Positions 29,040 to 45,874 of a stretch of DNA of 64,000 bases are shown here, one piece after another (position 1 is the stretch's first letter; each line of letters begins with the position of its first letter). A program made the position numbers and the translations under genes. The notes beneath the pieces are model-generated. The model ran no database searches. It worked only from the letters and a program-made list of their open reading frames with translations, and was not told the origin of the DNA. The stretch covers positions 124,001 through 188,000 of the forward strand of contig CAXHJY010000414.1 in NCBI GenBank assembly GCA_964016885.1. Reading direction: 5' to 3'. This DNA comes from Eledone cirrhosa (Eukaryota).

Positions 29040-30773
29040 GATAAAGTTATATTAATTCATATGAATGTGATAAATAAGAATTAGATGTTATTAAAGAGTG
29101 TTATTAAAAACGAAGGAAAGTAAAATTTTGGGATAAGGGTAGTAGTGAGAAATACCAATCTTATTTAAACTACAAGGAATCTAGATACATAACAAGAAAT
29201 TAAATTAATTTATAGGTATTAATTTTAGGAAAAGAGATCTGTAAGAGGGAAATAAAATTATGAAGTTCTCTGTAGTAAAATACTAATTATAGGTTAACTA
29301 AATAAAAAAAAACAATTATAATAATTTGTAAAATACAAGAGTAAGGTGTATATTAATTAGGTTTATAATATTTGAAGGTTCTTCTAATTCTTTGATTGCA
29401 AGATATAATTAATTCCTGTCGCTTATTTAATAGGATATCTTTAGATTTCATCATTTCAAAAAGTTCCTGGGAGCATAACCTACACTCGTATTTGCTATGT
29501 TGATAAGAGGTGGCTCTTTTGAGCACGCTCCAGGTCAGGTTGTAATCGTTATTCTTCTTTCTATAATTATTAATTGTTTCAGTCAAGGATGTTGTATTAG
29601 CTAATGCGGCATTTTAAAAACTATGTTTGTGGGTATTAAATCTTACTTTAAATCGGTTAAGCGTAGCTCCTATATAAGTGGAGCTCTTAGTCTATAAATG
29701 TAAAATTAGCACTATGTAATTTATAAGACAATTTCCCTTTAATGGGCGAATTTCTTTTGATTCTACAGTTACTACCATTCGTGAATATTATGTCAGGGGA
29801 GTTAGTCAAATTTGGTGTGGAGTGTACTCGACTTTTTATAGGTGAAGGAGATGGTGGTTTGTTGCGGTTTATGGTTGGTTTGATGTGTTGGTGGTATATT
29901 TGTGGGTTTTTTACACTTATATGCGTTGTACGCATTTATATTCTGTTGTATATTTTTGGTAGTGGAGTAGGAAAATTTGACAGTTGATCTATTAAAAATT
30001 TGATGGTATTTATGGTTTGGTGGGAAGTTTTTCTCTAGGATAGCAAAGAATTTTTTAGGGAAATTGTCTTTAATTTGTAGATTAAAAGGAGCATTATACC
30101 AAGTAACCCGACTATTACGGTTTCGATATTGTTTTTTATATTTATACGATGTATCAGGATGTTTACTAAGAGAGTTACTATTAGTGACTTTATTATATAT
30201 AGGTTTAGTTAGATTAACTGATTTAGGTGTTTTAGTCTGATTACTATGAATTTTGTTAGTAATGTTGTTAACATATTATGATGAATGGTTTTTTGAAAGT
30301 AATTATATTTGATGCGAGAAGAGGTAGAGAAATTAAATTTTAGGTTGGTATTTTTAGGTGTAGTATGAGTGACATTTACGTGTGGGTTTTTCATTTGGTG
30401 TTTGTTGGTAATATTAGCTTGTATGTTTGAAGTGTTATTGGTGCAAGGTAATATAGACTAATTTGTTTTTGTAGCCGCTTCTAGCTAAAGCTTTGTTATA
30501 AAAGGGCGCGTTTTTATCGAATACATCCTGGTTAGATGAAAGGTTAGAGATTCTGAGTGAGATGTTATATGCTAGGTTATTAAGGATAATCTAGGGTGAT
30601 TGGATGGTGAGCGTATGTAATGTAAGTTTTGGTTAGGTTTATGGTAAGGTTGGTAGATACCCGTAGATAGGTCTAAAGTTATATCTAGGAAAATGACTAT
30701 TTTACTGGTGTATTCAATGTAATAGTGAGATTGCAATAGTCTTTGAGGAAAGTTCTAATAAGTTTTTCTTTAA
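29040..30773 (-). pseudogene. Decayed PLE 3' part (RT thumb and GIY-YIG), same clade as 61920
   Basis: Minus-strand fragments VIFLDITLDL..YQPYHKP..SNHP, VTWYNAPF, YIGAT..RFK, LTWSVLK..CRLC; many stops and frameshifts. Confidence 0.75.
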
Positions 30774-31143
30774 GACCAATGGAAATATTGTTTCCTCGGT
30801 CCGATTTGACGAAAGTCAATCGTTAAATGTAAATATATATATATATATTTCAATCATATCTTATATTTTTACCCGTTTAGCTTGTTCGCTTTTTTGGCTT
30901 AGGTGCTTAATGGCTTCTTAACCATAGTCTCAGTTTTGTATGACCTTTTTAACTTATGTTTATAGCTCTGGTATCTTCATATCCATTGAGCGCTTGTTAG
31001 CACAATTCGGAAGTTGCGTTTCGCTAATTTCTACCCGCCGAAATGCGATTCTCGCTAAATTTATATATATATATATATATATTTATATTTAACGATCGAC
31101 TTTCGTCAAATCGGACCGAGGAAACAATGTTTCCATTGGTCTT
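30772..31143. repeat. Inverted repeat (~70-bp arms) at the 5' truncation point of the decayed PLE
   Basis: 30772-30840 is the reverse complement of ~31075-31143. Confidence 0.8.
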
Positions 31144-31185
31144 TCCAATTGCTAATACTATCTATCGGTCGCAACTCCAGGTAGA

Positions 31186-31304
31186 AGGAGCAACGTGAAA
31201 TAACGTGTCTTGCTCAAGGACATAACGCATCGCCCGGTCAGGGAATCGAACTCACACCTTCACGATTGCGAATCCGATTCTCTAATCTCTCAGCCACATG
31301 CCTT
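31186..31304 (-). mobile_element. tRNA-derived SINE with CORE-like segment
   Basis: Reverse complement has A box tggctgagagatt, B box gagttcgattcc, then ccttgagcaagacac. Confidence 0.7.
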
Positions 31305-31501
<197 letters not shown>

Positions 31502-31567
31502 TATATCGTTTTTCTGAATTTGTTTAGCAAGAATCTTTATCTGAAAACGTGTGTTAAAACCGATATG

Positions 31568-31638
31568 GTTATACTTTGGAGGGTCATGTTGCCAATAAGA
31601 AACACACGCACCAGTTGCTTTCACTCCAATTTATTATA
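31568..31638. repeat. Dispersed ~70-bp repeat (second copy 56099-56170)
   Basis: gttatactttgg(g)agggtcatgttgccaataagaaacacacgcaccagttgctttcact occurs twice. Confidence 0.8.
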
Positions 31639-32164
31639 AATTAAATTATAAATTTAAAAGTTTATAAATTACCGGTTGGTTGGTTAGTTCCACAACCGGA
31701 CAGTTGTTCATATATTGTCAAAGTTCTTTCATCACACATTCTCTGACCTCTTCAGTGACTGGGGATCTTTTCTTTGTTTTGTGCCTCTCCTTTGTTCTGT
31801 CCTACGCCATCTTGTATAAGCATTTCTAACATTAATTATTTCCTAATTATGTATGGTTGACCGTATATTTAATTAATTTCCACGTGCTGTTGAAATGTTG
31901 GGTAAATATTCTATCGCGGTTGCACGCGAAGACGCCACAATAGCGTATTTATTTACTGTTTCTTCATAGATGCCTTTTATTCTTATAGCCTGGTTTATTG
32001 ATTTTTTGTGTGGTTAATTATGCTGATTGGGAGTAGAAATGATGTATATATATTATGAAATAATTCCCTGGACATGCTTTACTCTCTCTATATATATATG
32101 TGTGTGTGTGTGTAAATATTAAAATACAAATATTAATAAAATAGAAGTTCTTTTTATCAATTAC

Positions 32165-32217
32165 ATTTTATTATACATATTTCAGATGTACAACAGTACG
32201 TCCTCATCAGACAAAAT
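32165..32217 (-). ncRNA. Type I hammerhead motif
   Basis: Reverse complement: ttttgt-CTGATGA-GGAcGTAC tgtt GTACaTCT-GAAA-TATG-TA; related to 61822-61885. Confidence 0.7.
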
Positions 32218-32786
32218 ATAATGATACATGACATACCCTGAGATGTTAAATGGTTAAGATTTAATCAAGGTAGTGATTAACCTAAGAGAAAGTTTAACAT
32301 TTATACCCTAATAATGAGAAAATGCGAAAACGTAATAAATTCAAAAGAGAATGTGTGAGTAAGAAAAACGTGTCTTAATGTAACAGTTATAGAGATTTTA
32401 AAATGTATAATACTACAATTTATCAGGGAAAGCGGTCAATGAGAGCCGCTGAGATAATATATATAGAGAGAGGAAATATATGTAGAAGATTTTCCGAATG
32501 TTAAACGGTTAAGTTTGAAAATATTTAATTAATGCTATTTTAGGGTGAAAAATCAAGATTTTAGGTTTTTTTGTTTTTTTTTAAATTGCAGGTTATTTAT
32601 TAGTTTTGTAAATTCAATAAGTGTTTTAACATTTCTAAACTTCGGAATTTTATGGCCAGTGGAAAATAAAGTTTACACTGTCTAATATATTTCTAAATGT
32701 AAGCTTTATCGGAGATATTTATTGTCAACATATATGGTATGTAAATCTTATGAAGTATTTATTGTTAGAAATATTTAAATAACTAT

Positions 32787-32892
<106 letters not shown>

Positions 32893-33796
32893 TGAGCCTG
32901 TATATTTTAGGTAAATGATAACGAAAATAAAAATAGGATAATAGATTCAGGCATGCTTAAGTTAAGTATATACCTATATATAAAACGGTGTAAATGCATT
33001 GATTATTCATAGTTAAAAATAAATGATAATCAATAAATTTAACTAAAATTTATGTATAGACTGATACATGGAGGTTTATATAGATATAAATTAGGTATTA
33101 TTGATATAAATTAGGTATGATTGATACAGTATACTTTAGGTAAATGATAACGGTTATAATTTTATATAATAAGGTTCGAAACGTGTTATAGTTAAATATA
33201 TATATATATATATAAGAAAAGCAAGGAAAGTTTACACTGTTGAATATTTTCCTAAATATAAACTTTACCGAAGATAATCAATTGTCAACGTATGGTATGT
33301 AAATCTTATGAAGTACTTATTGTTAGAAATATTTAATTAACGATTATGTATATAGATATTTTTTAATGAGCCAGTATATTTTAGGTAAAAGATAACGAAA
33401 AAAATATAATAGATTGAGGTATGCAAAGTTAAATATATACCAGTATAACAGGGTGTAAATGAATTAATTATTCATAGTTCGAAATAAGTAATAATCAAAA
33501 ACACATGAAAATTCACAGTTAGAAATAAGTTCCATAAAAATGTATGGGTTGGATATTAAACTAAAATCTAACCTTAGCTAGGAAGATAAAGATAGAGAAA
33601 TAAAGAAATAATGGTATGGATCAAAATTAATAATTATAATATTATGTTATGTATATCAATGTTCCGGCATGTTATTGAACAAGTGTTTTTCATTCAAGCG
33701 TTATTTCTACTATAGATAGTTATAAGATAATGCAATATTAAAGGCCATTAATGTTTTTCCCTGTCTGGCTTCTGTCCTTTATATATATATATATAT

Positions 33797-34166
33797 ATAT
33801 ATTTAAAAACACACAGATACATGCGGACACACACATATATACATGAATGCATCCGCACCCAACTGTGAGTTAAGGGTGCCAACTTCACCGATGTTGCTCA
33901 ATGAATGACTGGGACAGACCAATTCAGTTTGAACCAGACTGAACCAGTATCAGAGTTAAAAATACATTATGAAGAGAGAAGAAACATTTAGATATAATTA
34001 GTAATAAAATGTATCATACCTAAACTGTTCCTAAATTCCTCGACTACGTAGTTTCGTGGCATAAACAAAAACAATATATCAAAGATATAGAGTCCTTGCG
34101 AGGTCTGCCAACTTATCAAGAGGATACCTCATTTTACTAGTCTCAAGAACGCGTCTACACGACGTG
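33797..34166 (-). repeat. Inverted 370-bp partial copy of the 591-bp unit (antisense HHR 34037-34124)
   Basis: Reverse complement of 34259-34628. Confidence 0.93.
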
Positions 34167-37100
34167 GTATTTTCTTCGTGGTTATAAGAGGCTTAGCTCT
34201 GTTTCTCGACCGTTATATCGCGTGACTATCTCCCCCTCCGCCTTTTGGGATTCTTTCTCACGTCGTGTAGACGCGTTCTTGAGACTAGTAAAATGAGGTA
34301 TCCTCTTGATAAGTTGGCAGACCTCGCAAGGACTCTATATCTTTGATATATTGTTTTTGTTTATGCCACGAAACTACGTAGTCGAGGAATTTAGGAACAG
34401 TTTAGGTATGATACATTTTATTACTAATTATATCTAAATGTTTCTTCTCTCTTCATAATGTATTTTTAACTCTGATACTGGTTCAGTCTGGTTCAAACTG
34501 AATTGGTCTGTCCCAGTCATTCATTGAGCAACATCGGTGAAGTTGGCACCCTTAACTCACAGTTGGGTGCGGATGCATTCATGTATATATGTGTGTGTCC
34601 GCATGTATCTGTGTGTTTTTAAATATATTAATAACTCCCTCTGGTCGAGCAATCTTTGAAGTGTGGGGACAACGGGAAAGCTTCCATTACTCATACTTCT
34701 CGCCTTCTTCACTACCTCTTCTACGGCCTCGATATGAATACCCCCTCCGCCTCCGTGGTATTTTCTTCGTGGTTATAAGAGGCTTAGCTCTGTTTCTCGA
34801 CCGTTATATCGCGTGACTATCTCCCCCTCCGCCTTTTGGGATTCTTTCTCACGTCGTGTAGACGCGTTCTTGAGACTAGTAAAATGAGGTATCCTCTTGA
34901 TAAGTTGGCAGACCTCGCAAGGACTCTATATCTTTGATATATTGTTTTTGTTTATGCCACGAAACTACGTAGTCGAGGAATTTAGGAACAGTTTAGGTAT
35001 GATACATTTTATTACTAATTATATCTAAATGTTTCTTCTCTCTTCATAATGTATTTTTAACTCTGATACTGGTTCAGTCTGGTTCAAACTGAATTGGTCT
35101 GTCCCAGTCATTCATTGAGCAACATCGGTGAAGTTGGCACCCTTAACTCACAGTTGGGTGCGGATGCATTCATGTATATATGTGTGTGTCCGCATGTATC
35201 TGTGTGTTTTTAAATATATTAATAACTCCCTCTGGTCGAGCAATCTTTGAAGTGTGGGGACAACGGGAAAGCTTCCATTACTCATACTTCTCGCCTTCTT
35301 CACTACCTCTTCTACGGCCTCGATATGAATACCCCCTCCGCCTCCGTGGTATTTTCTTCGTGGTTATAAGAGGCTTAGCTCTGTTTCTCGACCGTTATAT
35401 CGCGTGACTATCTCCCCCTCCGCCTTTTGGGATTCTTTCTCACGTCGTGTAGACGCGTTCTTGAGACTAGTAAAATGAGGTATCCTCTTGATAAGTTGGC
35501 AGACCTCGCAAGGACTCTATATCTTTGATATATTGTTTTTGTTTATGCCACGAAACTACGTAGTCGAGGAATTTAGGAACAGTTTAGGTATGATACATTT
35601 TATTACTAATTATATCTAAATGTTTCTTCTCTCTTCATAATGTATTTTTAACTCTGATACTGGTTCAGTCTGGTTCAAACTGAATTGGTCTGTCCCAGTC
35701 ATTCATTGAGCAACATCGGTGAAGTTGGCACCCTTAACTCACAGTTGGGTGCGGATGCATTCATGTATATATGTGTGTGTCCGCATGTATCTGTGTGTTT
35801 TTAAATATATTAATAACTCCCTCTGGTCGAGCAATCTTTGAAGTGTGGGGACAACGGGAAAGCTTCCATTACTCATACTTCTCGCCTTCTTCACTACCTC
35901 TTCTACGGCCTCGATATGAATACCCCCTCCGCCTCCGTGGTATTTTCTTCGTGGTTATAAGAGGCTTAGCTCTGTTTCTCGACCGTTATATCGCGTGACT
36001 ATCTCCCCCTCCGCCTTTTGGGATTCTTTCTCACGTCGTGTAGACGCGTTCTTGAGACTAGTAAAATGAGGTATCCTCTTGATAAGTTGGCAGACCTCGC
36101 AAGGACTCTATATCTTTGATATATTGTTTTTGTTTATGCCACGAAACTACGTAGTCGAGGAATTTAGGAACAGTTTAGGTATGATACATTTTATTACTAA
36201 TTATATCTAAATGTTTCTTCTCTCTTCATAATGTATTTTTAACTCTGATACTGGTTCAGTCTGGTTCAAACTGAATTGGTCTGTCCCAGTCATTCATTGA
36301 GCAACATCGGTGAAGTTGGCACCCTTAACTCACAGTTGGGTGCGGATGCATTCATGTATATATGTGTGTGTCCGCATGTATCTGTGTGTTTTTAAATATA
36401 TTAATAACTCCCTCTGGTCGAGCAATCTTTGAAGTGTGGGGACAACGGGAAAGCTTCCATTACTCATACTTCTCGCCTTCTTCACTACCTCTTCTACGGC
36501 CTCGATATGAATACCCCCTCCGCCTCCGTGGTATTTTCTTCGTGGTTATAAGAGGCTTAGCTCTGTTTCTCGACCGTTATATCGCGTGACTATCTCCCCC
36601 TCCGCCTTTTGGGATTCTTTCTCACGTCGTGTAGACGCGTTCTTGAGACTAGTAAAATGAGGTATCCTCTTGATAAGTTGGCAGACCTCGCAAGGACTCT
36701 ATATCTTTGATATATTGTTTTTGTTTATGCCACGAAACTACGTAGTCGAGGAATTTAGGAACAGTTTAGGTATGATACATTTTATTACTAATTATATCTA
36801 AATGTTTCTTCTCTCTTCATAATGTATTTTTAACTCTGATACTGGTTCAGTCTGGTTCAAACTGAATTGGTCTGTCCCAGTCATTCATTGAGCAACATCG
36901 GTGAAGTTGGCACCCTTAACTCACAGTTGGGTGCGGATGCATTCATGTATATATGTGTGTCCCCGCATGTATCTGTGTGTTTTTAAATATATTAATAACT
37001 CCCTCTGGTCGAGCAATCTTTGAAGTGTGGGGACAACGGGAAAGCTTCCATTACTCATAATTCTCGCCTTCTTCACTACCTCTTCTACGGCCTCGATATG

Positions 37101-37413
37101 AATACCCCCTCCGCCTCCGTGGTATTTTCTTCGTGGTTATAAGAGGCTTAGCTCTGTTTCTCGACCGTTATATCGCGTGACTATCTCCCCCTCCGCCTTT
37201 TGGGATTCTTTCTCACGTCGTGTAGACGCGTTCTTGAGACTAGTAAAATGAGGTATCCTCTTGATAAGTTGGCAGACCTCGCAAGGACTCTATATCTTTG
37301 ATATATTGTTTTTGTTTATGCCACGAAACTACGTAGTCGAGGAATTTAGGAAACAGTTTAGGTATGATACATTTTATTACTAATTATATCTAAATGTTTC
37401 TTCTCTCTTCATA

Positions 37414-37419
<6 letters not shown>
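34163..37419 (+). mobile_element. 591-bp tandem array (~5.5 units), each with a hammerhead ribozyme; candidate retrozyme or tandem PLE pseudo-LTR
   Basis: Period 591 (units start at 34163, 34754, 35345, 35936, 36527, 37118), near-identical; HHR in every unit; (TA)n on both flanks. Confidence 0.85.
34301..34388 (+). ncRNA. Type I hammerhead ribozyme, U3-A8 core (copies at 34892, 35483, 36074, 36665, 37256)
   Basis: tcctc-TTGATAA-GTtGGCA...TGCCAC-GAAA-CTACGTAG-TC-gagga: 5-bp stem I, stem II, palindromic stem III, GUC site (predicted cut after 34383). Confidence 0.85.
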
Positions 37420-38935
<1,516 letters not shown>

Positions 38936-38936
38936 G

Positions 38937-39868
38937 ACCGGATAAGCCTTCAGTCAGACCTACTGGCTGTTACCCAATGGGCAGAAAAGAACAACATGTT
39001 ACTGAACGAAGACAAATTCGAACTGATCCACTTTGGAAAAGAGGATGCTCTGAAACTCCCGTACTCCCTTCCCTCCGGGGAAACTCTCGTGGCATCTAAC
39101 AACATCAGAGACTTGGGAGTAACCGTGGACAGCAACATAAGCTGGACCACGCATATAAGCAGCAAAGTTGACATGGCCCGCAGAATGTGTTCCTGGATCC
39201 TCAGAACCTTCCAGTCGAGAGATTCCCGCACCATTATCCTTCTCTTCTCTACTTTCGCCCGACCACACCTTGAATACTGTTGTCCACTGTGGTCTCCCCA
39301 CACGAAACAAAGTATCATGAAACTTGAAGCTCCTCAAAGGGCAATCACGAAAAAGATAGATGGCATGTCAGACCTTGACTACTGGGGTCGATTGGAAATC
39401 CTGAAACTTTACTCACTCCAACGTCGCCGTGAGCGTTATATTATCTGCATGATGTGGAAAATGTTCCATCATCACTGCCCAAATGATGTTGGCATCGCCT
39501 TCAAGATACACCCAAGGCTTGGGCCCCGTGCTATCCGTCCCATTCAAAAATCTAAATCGCAACTCATAACAACAATACGGCACAATTATTTCACCTCAAT
39601 CGGCCCTGCTCTCTTCAACATCACACCAGGACACGTCAAAACAGAAACTGACCACACAAAATTCAAGAAGTCTTTGGACAAATTCCTCCAAGTAATCCCG
39701 GACAAACCACCCACACCCGGATATGTCTCCGCAAACAGTAATTCTCTTCTCGAATGGGCCATGGTGCCCAAATCCTGAATTGAAAGACTTCGCCAGGTGG
39801 TGCTATTAAGTTAGACATGGCCTGGGCCAATACTGGCCAAAACATTTCAAAGTTATTCAAAGTTATTA
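38937..39868 (+). mobile_element. 3' fragment of a CR1/L2-group LINE (RT C-terminus and 3'UTR)
   Basis: LQSDL..W...[39 protein letters not shown]; flanked by (TA)n. Confidence 0.88.
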
Positions 39869-41657
<1,789 letters not shown>

Positions 41658-42558
41658 CTAAGGCGGGTAAAATTCCCGAGATCCATGGACGAGTTCTCTC
41701 CAGCGGTCTCTGTCCCTCATTATCGCTGCCATGTCCTGCATCTCCAACAGACCAGTGTTTGTCCTTAGGGCATCAACATACGTTAACCTTGGTCTTCCTC
41801 TTCTAGTGTGGCCATGTAGGGGCTCCCAAAGGAACACTGAGTGCAATGTCAACTCTGGATGTCGGTGAGCATGTCCAGCCAACCTCAGTCTCCTCTGTGT
41901 CACTTTTGAGCTGACTTTTGGGATGCTCCCATACAGCTCTGAGTTTTTCATCCTCAGTGTATACTGATTAATGTTCAGAGCCATCCTCAGCATTCTCGTG
42001 TAGCACCCATCCACCATCTGAGTGAGTTTCTTGGTCAGTGTCCAAGTCTCAGACCCATACAGCAGCACAGACTCCACTACAGCAATGAAGAGGCGGATTT
42101 TCAGGTCTCTACGAAGGTCCGACTTCCATACCGATCTCAAGCTGTGGCAAGCCGCCCAGGCCTTTCTCTTCCTCTCAACCACATCATCTTCCGCATTCCC
42201 AATCCTTGCTCCCAAATACAGGAAGTCCTCAACCAATTCCAGCGGCTTCCCGCCTACATTAGTGATCCCCTCTGGTTTCTCAACATTCTCTACCAGATAT
42301 TTTGTTTTAGTCTCATTCATTCTCAGCCCCACACTCATCGACACAGTCTCAACCTCCCGCATCAAATCCTCTGCCTCCTTCACTGTATTTGTCACCAAAA
42401 CTATGTCGTCGGCAAATTCAGCATCCGATACCTTTTTCGCCCCAACTCTCCTGCTCTGAGCCGGTGCTACAGTAAAGCCAGTATCCTGGTGTTTCTCCAG
42501 TGCAAGGCGCATACAATAGTCCACTACGATGATAAAGAGGTAGGGAGCCAATGTATCT
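41658..42558 (-). mobile_element. 5'-truncated RTE-clade LINE (RT C-terminal half)
   Basis: [57 protein letters not shown]. Confidence 0.9.
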
Positions 42559-42720
42559 GTGTTGAACAAAAAGGTGACGTGGTTGCCTTAACACCGTATG
42601 GCATAAATTCAGGCTGTTCGCTTTGTTGACAAACAAACGAACAAAGCGGCCGGCGTTATAATAAACGCCGGCTAAACTGATGCGTGCATATATGTATGTG
42701 TACCTGTATGCATGTGTGTA

Positions 42721-42777
<57 letters not shown>

Positions 42778-43238
42778 GTATTTGCATGCTACTGTACGTC
42801 TGTATACGTATATGTATGTACGTATACATACATACTTACATTTAAGTAAGTGCCATACTAAGAGTGAGAAATGAAATTTCGTTTTCATTTTTTTTTCAAC
42901 TTATCGTTTTCGGTATGCCTGACCGATTTAACTCACTCAATATGCAAATTAGGCTGCTCAGCCGTTAATTTTCATAAGGAAAGTATATACTTTCGAACGT
43001 TCAACTATCTGGCAGATGGGTAAACGGTGCTGATGATAGCTAACAAGCTTGAAACTAGTACATCGTTCCTGTGTCAGTGTTGAACAAAAAGGTGACGTGG
43101 TTGCCTTAACACCGTATGGCATAAATTCAGGCTGTTCGCTTTGTTGACAAACAAACGAACAAAGCGGCCGGCGTTATAATAAACGCCGGCTAAACTGATG
43201 CGTGCATATATGTATGTGTACCTGTATGCATGTGTGTA

Positions 43239-43281
<43 letters not shown>

Positions 43282-43406
43282 GTATATGCATGCTACTGTA
43301 CGTCTGTATACGTATATGTATGTACGTATACATACATACTTACATTTAAGTAAGTGCCATACTAAGAGTGAGAAATGAAATTTCGTTTTCATTTTTTTTT
43401 CAACTT
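42559..43406 (+). mobile_element. Partial tandem repeat (period ~518 bp, ~1.6 units) carrying a hammerhead
   Basis: 42559-42905 repeats at 43077-43406, with the HHR between them. Confidence 0.75.
43023..43067 (+). ncRNA. Canonical minimal type I hammerhead ribozyme
   Basis: aacggtg-CTGATGA-tAGCTaacaAGCTt-GAAA-CTAG-TA-catcgtt: 7-bp stem I, palindromic ACTAGT stem III, GUA site. Confidence 0.88.
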
Positions 43407-43553
43407 ATATATATATATATATATATATGTTGGTATCTGTGTTTATCATATATATTAATTTATATTATCATGTATTACACGGCTCAGAAATACTTCTTTC
43501 TCTTAGCTATTTCATTGTAAACGACTGCCTGAGTTTTGAACTCCTTATTTGTA

Positions 43554-43647
<94 letters not shown>

Positions 43648-45242
43648 GTATATATATATATGTATATATAGATATATATATATATATAAATATATGTATA
43701 TATATATGTATATATATATATATATATATATGTATATCTGTTAGAACACGAAAAGTGTGAAACAACAGAATGTTCACTTTTCGTGTTCTAATATATATGC
43801 CTAGCTTCTTCATAAATTTTTCGGGGATAGCCGTGGTGGTGGTGATCGTATGTCATTGGCTAATTTTCAACCAATCAGAGTAAGTGTTGATATATATATA
43901 TATATATACTATTCCCCCTCTCTCTATATATATCTTACGCTTTCGCTTTACACTCCTCCCCTTCAATAACACATTTCCCCCTCTCTATATATCTCTTCCA
44001 CTGTTACTTACGCCTGTTTCTCTCTATCTGTTCCGTCTCTATATATATCTCTCTTACTCTTTCGCTTTGCACTCCTCCCCTTCAATACCATCTCTCCCCC
44101 TCTCTATATATTTGTTACTCTATCGCTGCACGCTCCTCTCCTTCAATATATCAATTACACACGCTTTACACTCCTTTATCCCCAGCGCCCCTATATATAC
44201 ACTCCCCCTCCCGCATCTATATTTTAATGTTCCGTTGCACCGTGAATATATGTGTCTATATATATATATACATATATATTGTATATACACATTCATGTAT
44301 GTGTATACACACTCATGTATGTATATACACTGGTTTTATGTGTGTATTGTAAATTTGTACTGTTAAAACACGAAACTAACATTCGATTGACACTTTGATT
44401 ACCTGTACAGGCAATAGTTATTAGAATGCTGTTGAAGTGTGTATATATTTTGGGGGGACATCCTGTATATACACACATTATATATAATACAATAAACAGA
44501 TAAATACACACATATATATATGAGCTTATTTAATTATAAATATTGTGAATTTTTAACTCAGTTCAATTATATATATAAATGGCTTCTACAGGACTAGAAC
44601 TGTTTCATTCGAAAGAAATCATCATAATATTGAGAGGGGGGACTAGATAAAATATTTCAAATCAAATGTGTATAAGTTATAAGTTAAAATGTATAAATAG
44701 AGACGATAGTGGAGGTATATCTGTTTAGTGGAACAGTAGACGATAGAATTAAATACAGACGAGAATCTCCCTTTAATGAAACAGCAGACGATAGAATTAA
44801 GGCAATTTAAATTTTAAACATTTGCATTTTTGCCTTTCATCGTTACGGGGTCGATAAAATAAAGTACCAGTAATACACTGTCACTATAAGTAGACGACTT
44901 TCAAATTGAATTGTTGGTTCCATTTCTTTAGTATTTTCAATTGTAGTTATCTACTTAAAAAGCGTTACACGGTTAGAGACATAATTGGTAAGTTATATCT
45001 TCCCTATTAAACCATTGCATTATTTCGCCTACAATAGAACAAAAATGAAATGTTCTTTAAAGAAACAGGAATATAACTTTATAAAAAAAAAAGTTGCATC
45101 CGCTACTTTTATCATTGATAATTTTTTCGTTTTAATATTAATTGTTTTTTGTAGTTGTTTATATTAAAAATCTTACTGTAATATTTACTTAAACGAAAGC
45201 AGACATCTAAACTTATAGATTAATCTTGAGCGAAGGACTAGA

Positions 45243-45375
<133 letters not shown>

Positions 45376-45874
45376 GAAGAATGATAACATTTCAAGCAAA
45401 GAGTTTAATTAGGTAATGACTTACAAATTTGTTTCAGTATATAGACAAAGCCTGAAGCGCTAATTATAATAATTAGTTAATAATATTACAAAATATATTA
45501 ATATTATATTAAATATATACTGAAACAAATTTGTTTAGCAGAAAGTTTCCAGACAAGAAACACGCATATTTTGCTATCCTCAAACACGTTTACACATGGC
45601 ATGAAATATAACTAATCCGAGATGGCTAGGTTTCATCTTCTAACTGGATAAACGAAATCCATTATGTCTTGACAACAACATGAGGTAACATTATGTTATT
45701 CACAGACACACTTTGTACACTGTTCCATATCAGAATGTATTTCCTTCGTCACATTCACAAACAGTATTGAAAATATGTTCTTCGGCAAATAAAAATGTTT
45801 TGTTCATAATATTTCAACTAGCGATTGCTCTACTCCACGCACGACCACCATAAATTAATGACCAGCTCAACACA

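Noticed and set aside
31230-31304. tRNA gene
   Set aside because: Degenerate, and continues into a SINE body; treated as a SINE head.
31668-31760. Minus-strand CTGAAGA...AACCGGTA hammerhead
   Set aside because: G12 is missing and stem I is absent; at best a decayed remnant.
34589-34816. 75-aa ORF repeated in each 591-bp unit
   Set aside because: No recognisable motif and it begins in a TG repeat; its recurrence just reflects the tandem array.
34163-37419. CRISPR array, or rRNA/snRNA tandem gene
   Set aside because: No variable spacers and no recognisable 5S, snRNA or tRNA sequence.
43737-43790. CTGTTAGA-ACAC..GTGT-GAAAC as a hammerhead
   Set aside because: Core has the wrong length and sequence; better explained as a plain 17-bp inverted repeat.
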